Below, in pieces: positions 25,227 through 40,294 of a DNA stretch of 64,000 nt. The notes beneath the pieces were generated by a model. It saw only the letters and a list, made by a program, of their open reading frames with translations. It was not told the origin of the DNA and did no database searches. This stretch comes from Octopus sinensis. Its lineage: Eukaryota. The position numbers and the translations under genes are program-made. Location: positions 39,618,001 to 39,682,000 of the forward strand of contig NC_043008.1 of NCBI RefSeq assembly GCF_006345805.1, given 5' to 3'. Position 1 is the stretch's first letter. Every line of letters starts with the position of its first letter.

Positions 25227-26252
25227 CAATTGTATTCCGTCCCACACACTCACGCACTACATGTGTACATGTGCACACATTATACATTATTCCACTCCTT
25301 ACCACCCTAAGCATAAATGCATCACCATCTCTCTTTTCCTAATTTCTTTTAGGTTATTTTTAAAGAAAATGTAATAATAATTATAAAAGGAAAATATCTC
25401 TTCCCCTATTATTCATATATCAACATCTCAAAATATAACTTCAGCTGCTTTGCTGCTAATACTGAATACACTTTTATTTTAAAATATGTTTTCATAGAAT
25501 TATTTGTTTTCAGATTTTCATGCCTAGATTTAAAAACGAACACAACCCCAGTACATCTATCCTTGCGTGCTATAAATATATTTCCTCAAACAATCGACTT
25601 CCCTTATTTTCTCCTATCGCTTTCACACTCCAAAAAACCCCTGTAAAGCACTCCATGCATTCAGCCACTCCTATTCTTTCATTTCCACAGGTAAAAGTAA
25701 GAAAAACACATTCACTTTTCAGAATGCAGTGCAATGAGACAATATTTTATATTATTTTAAAAAACAATATTTTTAACGATGTTGCTAATTGAATTCATCA
25801 TGCATTTCATAACCCTTGTATCAATGTCCCTAATTCTTTTCGACTAGCGCACCCTCTAAAATATTTGAGGCTTTGTATCTAACGCAGAAAGCAATATTTA
25901 CCACGTGAAATTTACATATATACTGACTGATATTTTACAATTTATCACGCCGTCGTTACGTCTTCATACATATAATAGATCACACACACATACACCACAC
26001 ACACTCGCACATATACATATGCACGCATATTTTGAGATTAAGTTGACTGGGTCTCCATCAGAAATTTGACTGTATTCTCAGTCAAGAATTCTCACAATAA
26101 GTATATCCTCATTTGTTCTTGAAAGTACATGGTATGACAGGTTTTTAATGTCATTTTTATGAATTTAGAATGCAAAATGCATAGCTCATCAAAGAAAAAC
26201 TGTATTTGAAAACAAATTGGTACAAAAAATCTTGAGCATCCTTTTATCCCAC

Positions 26253-27206
26253 CTACTTAATGGATCCAGCGTTAGCATTCATGGTTAAATATCATCTGAC
26301 ATGCCTGAATCAGATGACCATTCGGACATAGTGTTGATTATGGCAGATTTAGGAGGCTGTATAGTATTAGAGGGCTGTTGTTTTGATTCTCTCTCAACTA
26401 CACACCATAAGTAATAGTCCAGTCGGCTGATGTCTCGTGAGCCTAGGCGAACATGATTCTGAAGTTCATCAAGAATTCGCGCTTGTGTTGTCCTAGTCTT
26501 AGTAGATGGTGCCGCGTCGTGATGAAAACCGTACCGTCTTTCGCTACATACTCTGTCTATCTAGGCCCTCACCATTTTCTCCCACGCCTCCATGTACACA
26601 TCGGCTTTCAACCTTACATCCTATGAATAAAAGTGAGAAAGCATGACATCTTCCTGTTGCTTACATTTCACAGAACTAGCACAGCTGCTGCAAACCTAGT
26701 ATGCATGACAGTTTGAACCACATTGAGGCTTTTGAATAATAATCTGTCGTTTTCTTCCGCATATCTTTTGTTCCTAATCGAAATTCTCATCGGTAAAAAA
26801 AAACTAAAGCAAAGCAGCCTCTTGTTAACCAATACTTTGTACGAATCGACTGATTCTCTCTAGTTACATCCGACATCTACTGATCCATCCGCCTCACATA
26901 CAACTGGTAGCAGTATTCCTCATGCACAACTCTTCTGATGGTGCATTCTGAAAACTTGATGTCGTTTTTATGGCTCTGACAGGTTTTTTTTCGATTAATT
27001 ATTGAATTGTTTGTACAAACTCATCAGTTCTGTTGGTGTTAGGATACTGTGCATGCGTTTCGTGTTTAACTACTGTTGTTGGATGTTGTCTTTTGCAGTT
27101 ATTTTCGAAATTTGATAACAAAAAATCGTGTGATTTTCAGAAAGTGCGTTATCCATGTATCATTATACTGCGCTTTTAAAACAACGGTTACAGTGTGCCC
27201 TTTCAA
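26253..27206 (-). mobile_element. Near full-length, heavily degraded DD37D (maT-like) transposase
   Basis: Motifs in order on the minus strand: LKGHTVTVVLKAQYND..FLK, SECTIRRVVHEE, FFTDENFD, VQTVMHTRFAAAVLVL, DVRLKADVYME, IDRVCSERRYGFHHDAAP, LDYYLWCVVERE, ANAGSIK*. Confidence 0.82.
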
Positions 27207-27471
27207 TTAAGGAGTCCTCTTGATGTCACATTATTTATCTGAAATGTAAGGTAAAAGAATTGCCTAAGAAATTTACACCTATTGCAAAAGGTATTCCCGA
27301 AAAATGTTTTGAAATAACATTATCTTAACCAGTAGGCACACACGCAAAATACACTCACACACATACACGAGCGCACACACAAGCACACATATATACATAC
27401 ACATATACGTGTGTATGTCTGTGGGTGTGTATCTGTTCGTACACACATATATATATGTGCGTTCGTGTGCT

Positions 27472-27539
<68 letters not shown>

Positions 27540-29426
27540 TGTGTGTGTGTGCGTGTATATACAGTGAGAGAGACAGCGATATGCACAATAACTGTTATTT
27601 TGCTTGCAGTGGTTTTGTATATTTTATATTTTGAAACGTCGGATGGGATATCTTGTACTATTCGTTTCGGTTCATTGTTTTTCGAGTTAAAAGAATGTTA
27701 ACTTGAAATACTCGAAATTTCGGAATCGATATTTAATCTATTGCTGACAGTGTTTTTTTTTTCTAAATCCTCTGCCTCTTTCCTCTAATTCAGCTATTTT
27801 TTGAAGAAAATATTTGTGGGTGACTGCATAGAATGCTTCTTGAGAATTTCTAAGTGCAGGACTATGAAAATTTTGTAATAGATAATAGTTATTTAATGGA
27901 AACATGAGACGTGGGATCGATCGATGTGCAGAGGAGGACGGAACATGATTTAAGTTGAATTAGATTATATTTCATTGATTATCTAGATAAAAGAGTTGTC
28001 TTGTTACACTAGAAAATGTTGAAATTGGTCTGCATAATCGTAATGAGAAATTGCACCACGTGAATTTGTGCATATATAAACCAATTGAAAATAGTATTAA
28101 AATAATATTACGTAATTCCACTTTACTGCGTAAGTACGCTATTTCGTCAGGTGATATTTACTCTCCACCAGCAATTCCATCAATCTAATAATATTAGCCT
28201 GATAAATGCAATGAAGAATTCCACCACCGTCCAAGAAGTGTTTGTGGGTATATTAAGCTATTTGAGCATGCTATTAACCATCCCACTTAGGCGCATTTCG
28301 AGAAAAGAGCATTACATATGCTAAGGTGTGTGAGTGTGGGTAAATGACGTTTCAGAAAATGAACAAAAGAATGAACAAAACCTGGATGGTTACGGCTGAA
28401 ACATGCCATCATAGGACTGGTGCATCTAAGCTTATTTAAGGATAAACAACTATATACTGGTACAATACATTGGTAGATACTTCGAAATGTTGGGATGATT
28501 TGAAAATATAGAAAAATGGTATGTCAACATCTACATAATTTATGTTATAAATATAATTAAGTGCACGACAGCAAGACCCATGAATATATATTAAAATATA
28601 TTTTCTTGGATGGTTTATTGATTTTACCATCCATAAACGTCTTACTTTCGTCCATTGAATGCTATTGCGTGGTATCTCAATGCGTACCAGTTCATATCTC
28701 CAAATTGAGCTCGCTGCCTATGACATATGTTAGCAATGAATATCAAACATCTGAGATATTTCGTAAAGTTTGTTTTGAAAAAATTACTTGAAACACAAAA
28801 GAAATATGTTTATAACTTCAAGATCACAACGAAAGAAAAGTTTCTTGGAAAAAATAAAACTATATTCTATAACATCGATAAAAAATTATTCATTACATAA
28901 ATAAAACTACTTTGAAAGTATTGACGTCAAATATATGTTATCTAAAATGATTATGGTTGCCATCTGTTATTGAAAAATAAATATAAGTAATTGACATTCA
29001 TTGTTTACAACAGAGTAGCAAAGCGGGAGAAAAGAATCATTGAATATATTATGAAGAAGATAATAACGTGCTTCGAATTCGCCTCAATTATTTCTTAAAC
29101 TTTCGTTGTATTTTCCTCGTCATTTTCCCCCCTTCTATACAAACTATATTAATATCCCGAAGAAGCCCAATATCCGAAACGTATAACTGCTAAAACGTGT
29201 GAGGGACATACTAATACTTCTCATATTTAGATCCTGAACATTTCTCGTTTGGGTAATTGATGCTTTGCTATTACTTTTCCTTCTCTCGTTCGCTCTGTCT
29301 ACTTTTCTCGCTGCATGCATACATACATACATACATACATACATACATACATACATACATACATACATACATGCATACATACATGTATGCATACATACAT
29401 ATATGCATGCATACATGGTTTATTCT

Positions 29427-29652
29427 GAAGGCGGCGAGCTGGCAGAAACGTTAGCACGCCGGGCGAAATGCGTAGCCGTGTTTCGTCTGCTGTTACGTTC
29501 TGAGTTCAAATTCCGCCGAGGTCGACTTTGCCTTTCATCATTTCGGGGTCGATAAATTAAGTACCAGTTACGCACTGGGGCCAACTTAATCCGTTTGTCG
29601 ATCCTTGTTTGTCCCCTCTGTGTTTAGCCCCTTGTGGGTAGTAAAGAACTAT
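29427..29652 (+). mobile_element. tRNA-derived SINE family C, young copy with 16-bp TSD
   Basis: GGCGGCGAGCTGGCAGAAACGTTAGCACGCCGGGCG...TTCTGAGTTCAAATTCCGCCGAGGTCGAC...GTAGTAAAGAA. Exact TSD ATACATGGTTTATTCT at 29411-29426 and 29653-29668. Confidence 0.92.
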
Positions 29653-30134
29653 ATACATGGTTTATTCTCAGCAATGTATGCATACATGCACACATACATA
29701 GAAATATATACATATATACATACAGATCAACACACACGCACATATTTATACATATACGTGCGTGTCTATGCGTGTTGTGTATACTTTAAGTTTTTTTTCT
29801 ACCCAGAAAAAGCGGTATCGTTCTCACAGCAAGTACACACTTTTATTTTAATATTTAACTTCATCAATTTCTAGCACCAACAACTCTCCTACTCATACCC
29901 ACTGCCTCCGCTTTCGGGCGCACTGAAGAAATTACTTTGCACTTTTCATCATATAACTCTTGACCCCTTTTCCCACAAAAATTCACACGCACGGCCACAC
30001 ATTCATATGTCATTAGGTTATAGATTAATCATTCAAAAGACAGATCAGAGCGTTCAAGTTCATCTCCACCGGTTGCCTGCTGAAATGGATTAAGGCACGC
30101 AACTTGTCATCTCCGTCGTCGTCATAGCCGTCGC

Positions 30135-30432
30135 AAATAGCAACCCCCCAAACCACAACCACAACTACCAACACCAATACCACCACCACAACCACAACCA
30201 CCACCATCACCACCACTACCATCACCACTACCACCACCACCACCACCACCAGCACCATCACCACCGCCGCCGCCGCCACCACCACCACCACCACCACCAC
30301 TACCGCAACCACCACCACCACCACAACCACCACCACAACCACCGCCACCACCACCACCACCGCCACCACCACCACCACAACCACCACCACAACCACCGCC
30401 GCCGCCGCCGCCGCCACCGCCACCACCACCAT
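30135..30432. repeat. (CCA)/(CCG) trinucleotide array
   Basis: Directly visible; source of the poly-V and poly-G ORFs. Confidence 0.95.
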
Positions 30433-31109
30433 CGTCATCTACATCTTCATAAAACAACAGCATCGTGCTACAAACAAACCAATACAATATCATGAACGTT
30501 TACCATGGTTCGAGCACGCATACACAGACAGACATGTACACACGCAATTATGCATATGTATACGCACATAAACTTACACCAATCCCTTCTATGTTTGTGT
30601 ATGTGTGTGTGCATGTGTGTGTGTGTGTGCTGTGTGTGTGTATATCCAAACATAACTGTGTAGCAAATACACATTGAATTAATGCATAGAAATATGCATG
30701 TGCTCCTGACCGTGTATGCACACGCGCTCACACACACACACATACACACATGCACACACATATATAGATGCTTCCTTTCCCTTGATATATGCATATGCGT
30801 GTACTGTTCTAGAGCCTCTGATATCAATTACACATAAAAAGTTCCTTCATATCGATGGATATACACATATTTCACATTTGCTTACGGAATACGCCAACAC
30901 ACGCTTCCATTACACTCATATACAATTTCATAGAGACAGGCATACTTATATGCAAATATACACAAGTATGAATAAAATGATGTGCCATTTACATATTCGT
31001 GTGTAACAAACATATAACACAGATATGTGTGTGTGTATATATATATATGTATATATATATATATGCACATATATATGAATATATATATGCATGTATATAT
31101 GTATGCGTG

Positions 31110-31195
<86 letters not shown>

Positions 31196-31778
31196 GTATA
31201 AATACATACACACTCAGACACACACAGACGTTATCCCAAACGACATGAACTCGAAGCCCCAAATTCGATGTTCTCATCATGCACTACAAATGCGCGACGA
31301 CAGCTGAAGATACTCTCAAGAACTTCCCGATGCATAGCAATAAACACACACACACACACACACACACACATTACTCACATATATATGCTGCCCATGTATG
31401 CAAAACTACGCGCATACACGCGCACGTGCGCAAACTGCATACTCTAGCACTGAAGCGAACACACACCAAGAGAGCATCTGCACGTGCTACATGTGCACAT
31501 ATGCTGCCAGCATAAACACACTCTCGCCATATATGCACCAGCAATAATCTTCTCGTGTGTACATGCACGCACATCGTACATCACAAACACACATGCACAC
31601 ATTCTATAAACGCACCTCACTTTTGACGCGCACATACTCTTACATCATTTACATATATATATGTAGGCCACAAATCGTACGACAAAGATGAACCAACACA
31701 CGATCGTGAATATTACATTTACATCGATATCTTCACAGTGATCGACGCAATGTATTCTCATCTAGAATCTCTAAAGTA

Positions 31779-31925
31779 TAATGGCTGTGTGCTAAGAAGT
31801 TTGCTTCCCAACGGCATGGTTCCAAGTTCAGCCCCACTGCACGGGCAAGGGTTTTCTACTAAAGCCTCAAGCCGACCAAAGCCTTGTAAGTGGATTTGGT
31901 CGGAAGCAAACTAAAAGAAGCATGT
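31779..31925 (+). mobile_element. SINE family D, 5' half
   Basis: ATGGCTGTGTGCTAAGAAGTTTGCTTCCCAAC.GCATGGTTCCAAGTTCAGCCCCACTGC...CCGACCAAAGCCTTGTAAGTGGATTTGG, ending in (TA)n. Confidence 0.8.
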
Positions 31926-31927
31926 CA

Positions 31928-32000
<73 letters not shown>

Positions 32001-32012
32001 CATATATATGTA

Positions 32013-32092
<80 letters not shown>

Positions 32093-32264
32093 ATGTGTAT
32101 TTATGTATGAATCTGCATGGGTGTTTGTGTTGACGTACGTGTATGTGCAAACGTGTGTTTGCATATATATGCAAATATGCATAAATATATAGATATACGT
32201 ATATATATATGTGTGTGTGCGCGTGTGTGCGTATATATATATATATACATATGTATGTATATGA

Positions 32265-32295
<31 letters not shown>

Positions 32296-33399
32296 CGAAC
32301 TCACACAATCACACATTCACCAAACACACATGCCACATGCAAAACCACATGCCCAGTAAAAAGAACACGCATACATATTGGCAACGTAGTCTACATTAGC
32401 CATCCATTTATATAAATATTCTGTGATATATACAGTATTTGCCAGCTCGATTGGGTATTTCAAACTGCACACGCTATATACTAGACAAACGCATACACAT
32501 TCCCAAGCTGTAGGAGCAAGCATGCGCTCTTATACAATTGGCCGCACACGCTTAGCCGCACTTTCATCTGTCACAATACAAAAGTGCATTTAACAGCTCG
32601 AATACATCCCATGCGCTGTCTCACACATTGGGCCTTCTCATAGATTGGGCTTTCTCACACTTTTCCTTCCTAAACACACATATACGTATAGATCACACTC
32701 CCCACCCCATATTTCACACATGTTTTATACATATATATTCTCCATCCTACACACTGAGAGATCATACAATTGCAACAACACATATTCACTTGCCAAACAC
32801 ACGTACAGATAGTACATAAAAAATTTACATACAAACACACATACATCTCTTTCTCTCTCTCTCTCTCTCTGCACACGAACACAGATCTTTGACAATAGTA
32901 CACTAATTTATAAACAACATGCATAGTGTGTATAAAAAACATCGCTTCCCATGCTAAACTGCATATTTACGATTCGCTATCACACGCATATGAATTTTCT
33001 GTATAATATCGGCAGTTTACCGGTCTAAATGACTCTTGATTCTCAATAAACATAGGTAGTTTTGGTTGCCTGTTGCTTCTTCGTATTTTTTGTTGTTGTT
33101 TCTTTCTGCTGTTACGATTGAAAAACAATTAACAAAGAGGACTGAGGGATGGGTGCTGGGTATGATAAGCTATATCTAATGCTACGTATGTTAATATATA
33201 AGGAAACTCGTATATTAACATATATTCGACTTTCCCCTGACGATCCAATTACGATGAAACGATTGTGAACCTTTACTATATAAATTTACAAAATGTTGAG
33301 TACTATTCTGTCTATATTTTTCATGTGACTACAAAAGACATTTTGAACGAAGAATTGCTGATAGAGGAGAAATATTTAATGTCTGCCTATCCATCTATT

Positions 33400-33462
33400 T
33401 GTCTGTCTGTCTATCTGTCTGTATATGTGTATGTATGTATGTATACCTGCATGTCTATCTAT

Positions 33463-33538
<76 letters not shown>

Positions 33539-33558
33539 GTACCTATCTATCTATCTAC

Positions 33559-33593
<35 letters not shown>

Positions 33594-33890
33594 CCTATCT
33601 ATCTATCTATCTATCTATCTATCCATTTATCTATCTATCTATCTATCTACCTATCTATCCATCCAGGCCCACCTACCTACCTTACTACCTTACAACCTAA
33701 CAAACTACCTACCTACCTGCCTACCTACCTACACACCTACCTACTACCTACCTACCTACTACCTACCTACCTACCTACCTACTTACCTGCCTACCTACCT
33801 ACCTACCTACCTACCTACCTACCTACCTACCTACCTACCTACCAACCTACCTACCTCGCTCTCTCTCTCTCTATATATATATATATGTCT
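33400..33890. repeat. (TATC)n grading into (TACC)n tetranucleotide array
   Basis: Directly visible; source of the 236-aa IYLS/LPTY ORF. Confidence 0.95.
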
Positions 33891-34275
33891 GTCTAATAAC
33901 CATTATGTATATGCAGAAACAAGTAACCATACATTAATATCTACTCTCTTCGAAGATGTATTATTTTCGTCGTGAACAGCCCATCTTATATCACCTTCCT
34001 CCTTAGTTCAAAATCACGTATCTATTTGCAGGTGCGCACACATGGAACTATATACATACACGCATACATACATGCATATATACATACATGCGTACATGCA
34101 TACATTGAAACACACATGCACACACACAGACACACGTACACACACACATATGTACATGTGTATGTTTGTGTATGTAGATGGATGCATGTGTGCGTTTGTA
34201 TAGGAAGCTAGAAGTAAATACATCGAGTGATAAATAAATAAAGAAATAAATAAATATATATATATATATACATAT

Positions 34276-34311
<36 letters not shown>

Positions 34312-35138
34312 TTGTATGTATCCATGTGCTACTGAGACAGAAGTTGCTGTTGTTGTTGTTGTTGTGTGTGTGCGTGTATGTGTGTGTGTGCGAGTGTATG
34401 TATATCTCGTTGGCTGTGTGTATGTGATGCCGTATAGACGAAAATATTGACAACTAAGCTCTTAGCAGGCAGAAGCAGGTCACGAGAACAAAATTCAGCA
34501 TTAGTGTAACATCGTATAATCTACGTCATTAAAATGGTGAAAGTCAGCTCGTACCGCAGAGCGACCTTTCAGAGATACCTCTCTAATCACACACACACAC
34601 TCACACACACACACACACAAAACACACACACACACACACACACACACTGAAACATAGTCTATACACCCAAATATATATATGCGATTATAACTGTTGTTCG
34701 ATCTACTGAACTATCTACTGACTTTTACTATATATTCTCTTTGTCTTAAAATGACTTAACTAAAATAAACTTTCACTTTATCAAATGGGAATTTCCATTA
34801 CGATAGCCTAGCTACCTGTCTGTCGGTTATTGTAATCTCTACTCCACATAGAATGTTGTAATGAGAATTACGTCCGAATTCTCTAAATAACTACACTTGC
34901 ACGGGTATCATAATTCACTTAAACATCCTATAAACAAAATCGCTAAATACGAAATACAGAATATACAACATAAAATAATTAAAAGACATTAGCTACAATT
35001 GTAAGGTGGACACAGTGTTACCATATTAATCTAATTAGTTATCAGGTTAATAACTCAAATGAACAGTACATATATATACGTGCACGCACATATATGCAAG
35101 TTTGCATATATGTATGCACTAGTATATGATACACGTTA

Positions 35139-35201
<63 letters not shown>

Positions 35202-37033
35202 ATATATATATACGGTATAAGCAACTGAGATTCAAGTGAGTTCTAATGAATTCACATGAATATGGTCCTTAACTAGGAAGCACCGGAAATCTATATGATG
35301 TTAACCATACGACAAAGTGGGGTGATTACAAAGAGGAAAAAAGCAACAAGAATGGATCAATATATCGGTACAATTGTTTCGTACGAGGACATCTTTAATA
35401 AAGCTACAAAAATTGCATTAAATATAGGTGGCTCGTACTCATCAGCCGATATATTTATATATATATTATATTCACACACGCACACATACGTACATGTGTA
35501 TATGTGTATACATGCATCTGTGTGAATGTGTGTGTAGATTTGTGTGTAAAAATATATAAAGGTGGTAAGTTGCACTTTTGCTGCTGTTAAATCTGCTGTT
35601 AAGAATATCAAGAAATGTTATACAAAAAAAACAACATGCTATTCAGGTAATTGGGTTGTTCAATGCCATAATGGGATCAGAGGTTAGATCACAAAACGGA
35701 ATGAAACCACCGGTAACTGCGGCGAATAACTATATACAATGCATATCACCATATGACCGGTGTATATTGCTACCATATGCTATCCTTCTACCTGGTGTAC
35801 AAGTGGCGATCAGCTTATATCCGAATAATTCGTACAAGAAATTTACATTAGAAGATGATGAAATGAACCGGCTTAAATCCATATCACTACAATCGTTTCT
35901 ATGCATTATTATCGGCCGGTAATTGCTAAGTTCTTCACATATTATTTAGATTCTTGCATTAAAATGTTCCAACAATATCTACGTAGCAGTACGTCTTCAG
36001 GTGAGTGGGTTCGAAACTTTCACTAATATACAGAAACAATCCTAGTGACGTAAGGTAATGCCTATTCATCCCATCTTCTATTTTGCTTTCTCTCCACGTC
36101 TTCTATCTGTCCCTCTCTCTTTTTCTCTCTGTTTCTCTTTCTCGTTGCTCACACGTGCCCATCGTCCATCTTTCCTTTCCTGCTATTATATAGCATACTC
36201 ACATTGTTGAAAAAATCTATAACAGGGCCTCTGGAAGAGATCATTATATATATCAAATATGTTTTATTTTGAAACCAAGGGAAATAACACATTCATTTTT
36301 CTAAATTATTTCAGATAAATCAAATTGTGTATGCTTATTTCTTAGAATTTGAACTGTCAGAGTTCGCAATTCATCCAGTAGAACCCTAAAACATGTAAAT
36401 AGTGTTTTACAAAACAATAGATGCACGTATTTCGGTTAGTGACTGATTCTCGAATATACCAACATTTGCGCCCCTGGGGTAATATTCTCTGGGAAAGCAC
36501 AGTAGCTATTTTCAGTGTTATCTATTTTGAATTGTTATTATCTCATATCTGATTAATCTGTTATGACGTAACATGCTTCACGATTGTAATAAATATATAC
36601 CTTATTAGTATTTCCTCCTATGCTCTATGTACTCTGGGAAAGGATTAAACACTTTTTGGAGTTACTTTATTTGAATTCTTACTCTCGGGTAACTAATTTC
36701 ATGTTATTACGTTACTGACTTCACAATATACCTATTGAAAACCTATTGGGAATTCCTAGAAGCAAGATCATGTGTAAGACATTTCTATATTCTCTGTAAA
36801 TGAACATAAACCGTTTTAAGGGCTACATACATTTTATTGTTATTGGATTAGCGAAACAGTTATGAGAACGGAACCAAGGGATAAACCCCGCTTTCCCAGC
36901 AATAACCGGGTAATTCAGCTATATACATACATACATACATATATATGTATATATATATATTTAAATATATATGTATATGTATATATGTGGATATATATCC
37001 ATATATATACATGTATATATATATATTTAAATA

Positions 37034-37076
<43 letters not shown>

Positions 37077-38612
37077 CACAAAAATATAGAGAAGACAAAG
37101 AGTCTGTATTTTCACTACAAAATACGTTTGTGTGCGCGCTTACTTTAAGTATAACGCCTCGACGGCTTCCGTGCTAATTTTTAATACGGTAATAACCTTC
37201 GGCCTTCGCCGGTGGAAAACGACTTCTCTTTTGAGACAGATGTGTTTTCATAATATACTCGAGTCATTAGAGCAAGGACACTCTAGGACACCTTTGTCAG
37301 TATCGTTCTGTCTCGTCAAATATATCTAACTCTTGTTCAATGTATTAGTCTGGGGTACCTTTCGCAAACCAGACACAGCGTTGTGTTATGCAACCTGCCG
37401 CAATTGCAGCTATAAAGTACAAAATTCATCTGTAGATAAAAAAATATATGATACAAAATAGCTATTGGTATGTAAACGAGGGGATGTTCTACACTAGAAG
37501 GCCCTTCATCATAGGTATTTGAGTTTCAACAGCAATGTTGGTCTAAAATAATTCTAAAATTTACTTTGTGCTACGAAAGAAAGAAGTCCACATAGTCACG
37601 CAACCTGTTCGATAATAGCCATATTTCCTTAAAACCACTGACTACAATCTTAAATCAATAGTATATAACTTTCGAATGTGTAGCCTCATATAGAGAAATA
37701 GGCGAGCTATGGGTGAGTGCGAACGCGCGCCTTTGTGCATATGTGTCTGTATTTATCTAAACTTATCTGTGTATATATATACATGTGATATATACTTACC
37801 GTAGATATGACTGTGCTTTAACTTCGCGTATTTAGCATGACAAACACAGACAGAAAGACACACATACATAGGTATTTACACACAGACATACACACACACA
37901 CACACACACACATATACATATATACACACACAAATATATACTTACGGGCTCAGAGAGAGTGATGCACACACAGACGCGCCACAGACGCACATATACTTGC
38001 ATATGGATACACGTGAGCATTCGAATTTTGACTCATCTACACACAATCAATAGTGTACATAAACACTCTCTTTCACATACCATACGCATACGGTCAAGCA
38101 AATACGCGCACATACACATACAACGACACCTATCCTCTAACCTTGTATTCAATCTTATAATAGACTTCTATCCCCCACAGCACACGCCAAAGATATTTCA
38201 TAAAGCTGTACTACGTGGATTAATTGATTTATTTCCAAGCACCTGTACCTATCTTTATAGCATTTTCTAATCGATCCTGCTTGAATAGGTTAAACATCTG
38301 TAACTTTGCTTAAATCTTTTCCAAACTAGAAACTCAAAGATCTTTCATTCCCAGCCAAGTGCAATTCTAATACGCGTTCAATCTTTTCTATTTTTCCAAT
38401 GTGGAGAATGGACTATATAGAAAAGTTTGGACATCATGTAAAATTAAAAATATTCTACGATAAATTATCGTTAGCCTTCGTTCTTAAGATTATTTCTTCT
38501 CTACCATTTCGTACTATTAATCTTTAATCTTATTAATACAGTGGAGATAATCTTGCCATGACCTATTTGTATACACGACACATCGCTTTACAACTTCATA
38601 CTTTCACAGGCT

Positions 38613-38658
<46 letters not shown>

Positions 38659-39489
38659 TATATACACTCACACAGAGATGCACACCCATACACACGCACT
38701 GCTAAATCCTCTGGTCTCACATTCATACAAGCACATACATGCATACACACATACATACGAATACAAACATAGACACGCAAAAACATATATCTGTGTGTGT
38801 GCATACACATACAAAAATATATGAATATATATGCGTGTTTGCGTGTGTATATGTGTAACTAGATACACACATGTATATCCATATATATATACACATGCAA
38901 GTATATCTATTCTTACAAACACACGCACACGCATACACACACACACATATATAGACACACGATTATATACATACACACACGCAAGCACACACACGGATAC
39001 AGAAGCACACAAACATGAATGTATTTATTTATTTATATTGGTGTCTATGAATATGTATATGCTTCTATATATGTGCATTTTATGGGTGTCTGTGATTATA
39101 TATTTCTTTATCATTGTTTTACTAAAAGTGACTTTAGTTTTATGTAAATTTTTTCTCTTGTTTTTTCTGCCTCACACATTATCTACTAAGAAAACCAAAC
39201 ACACAAGTATGTACATATAAGATCAACATAGTGAGATACGTCTGCGCGTCAGCTAGTATTTATTAATGTCAAATTAAACAACTAGTTCTGTATACGATGT
39301 TTTATACATATCCATTTATACCACATAAGTAGATATACCTACGCATATTTACACATATGTATTCGCAAACATATACGTATAAAGTGTGTAGGCACACACA
39401 CACACTTATATATATATATATATATATATTGTAAAAAATGAAGTTCAAAAATGCTGCTGTATTATACACAATTTTAATTTTATATATAC

Positions 39490-39533
39490 ATTATAACATG
39501 TTTCAGTTCCTGAAATGAACCTTATCAAAAAAA
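39490..39533 (-). ncRNA. Minimal type I hammerhead-like motif with U3-A8 core
   Basis: Minus strand: UUUUU UUGAUAA GGUUC-AUUUCAG-GAACU GAA ACAUGU U AUAAUG. Helix II is 5 bp, helix III is the palindrome ACAUGU, helix I is weak. Confidence 0.5.
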
Positions 39534-39869
39534 GTTATATATAAAAAGAGACAGCTCATGCCGTCAAAACACAAGAAATTCATTTATCTACACAACGGAG
39601 TCTTAGAGTTCATGTATAGTGATATATAGTTCATGTATAGTTGATATATAGTTTGAAGTATATGTCAAAGTGTTCGATGCAGTGGCCCACGGTGGCGATT
39701 ACGTATTCAATACAAAAAACAGATCAAAGTGGTGGAAAGCGGTCAATACAGAAGATTGATGTTTCCGAAAGAGCGAGGAATTCATTTTTACCTTAAGCAA
39801 TTGTGATGACCATGGTGGAAGTTCGCTGGGTGGTTCTAGTGATTTTTGTGGAAATGCTTGGTTTTAATG

Positions 39870-40078
39870 CTGTTAGGTGGTCAATCTAGCGTAGCTGAGA
39901 TCGTCATCAATATTTTGACCAATCGTTTCGTTAGGTGGCTTTAATCAAGTGGAACGGGACGTCATCATTATTTTGACAATCGCTGCATTATAAGTCCCTT
40001 TGTTTGTTCCTGTCTTGACCAGTCCGCTTCGTTAGTCAAGCATAGCGGGATGTCATCCAGATTCTGCCCAATCACGAC
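39870..40078 (+). repeat. Three degenerate ~58-bp repeats
   Basis: The unit GTTAG(G)T...AAG/TAGC..AGC.GGA(C/T)GTCATC..TATT.TG.CCAATC recurs at about 39872, 39929 and 40030. Confidence 0.65.
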
Positions 40079-40294
40079 TTATAGCTACATTAGATCTGCC
40101 CCCTGTCTGTACTTATGTATATATATATATATATATATACATATATATGTATGTATATATGTATGTATGCACACATAGAGGCAGAGGTGCATATACACAC
40201 ATAGATTGGGAACATATTAGAAGTCTTATAGAAATCTTACACAACATCAGCATACTTAGTCAGAAAATATTATTTGTCTCACTGATGTGTTGAT

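Noticed and set aside
25514-25690. 177-nt phase-0 exon candidate (CAG...CAG|GTAAAA)
   Set aside because: The putative donor looks equally like an acceptor, and the peptide is unremarkable.
33235-33275. CTGACGA...GAAACGATTGTG motif (similar weak cases at ~21075-21110, ~29157-29185, ~35975-36003, ~52008-52040)
   Set aside because: Core, helix II or helix I is too degenerate to separate from chance by eye.
33265-33975. Longest ORF in the window (236 aa)
   Set aside because: Mostly (TATC)n/(TACC)n giving IYLS/LPTY repeats; no complex domain.
39650-39770. KVFDAVAHG resembling the RT motif KAFDSV.H
   Set aside because: No other RT motifs nearby.
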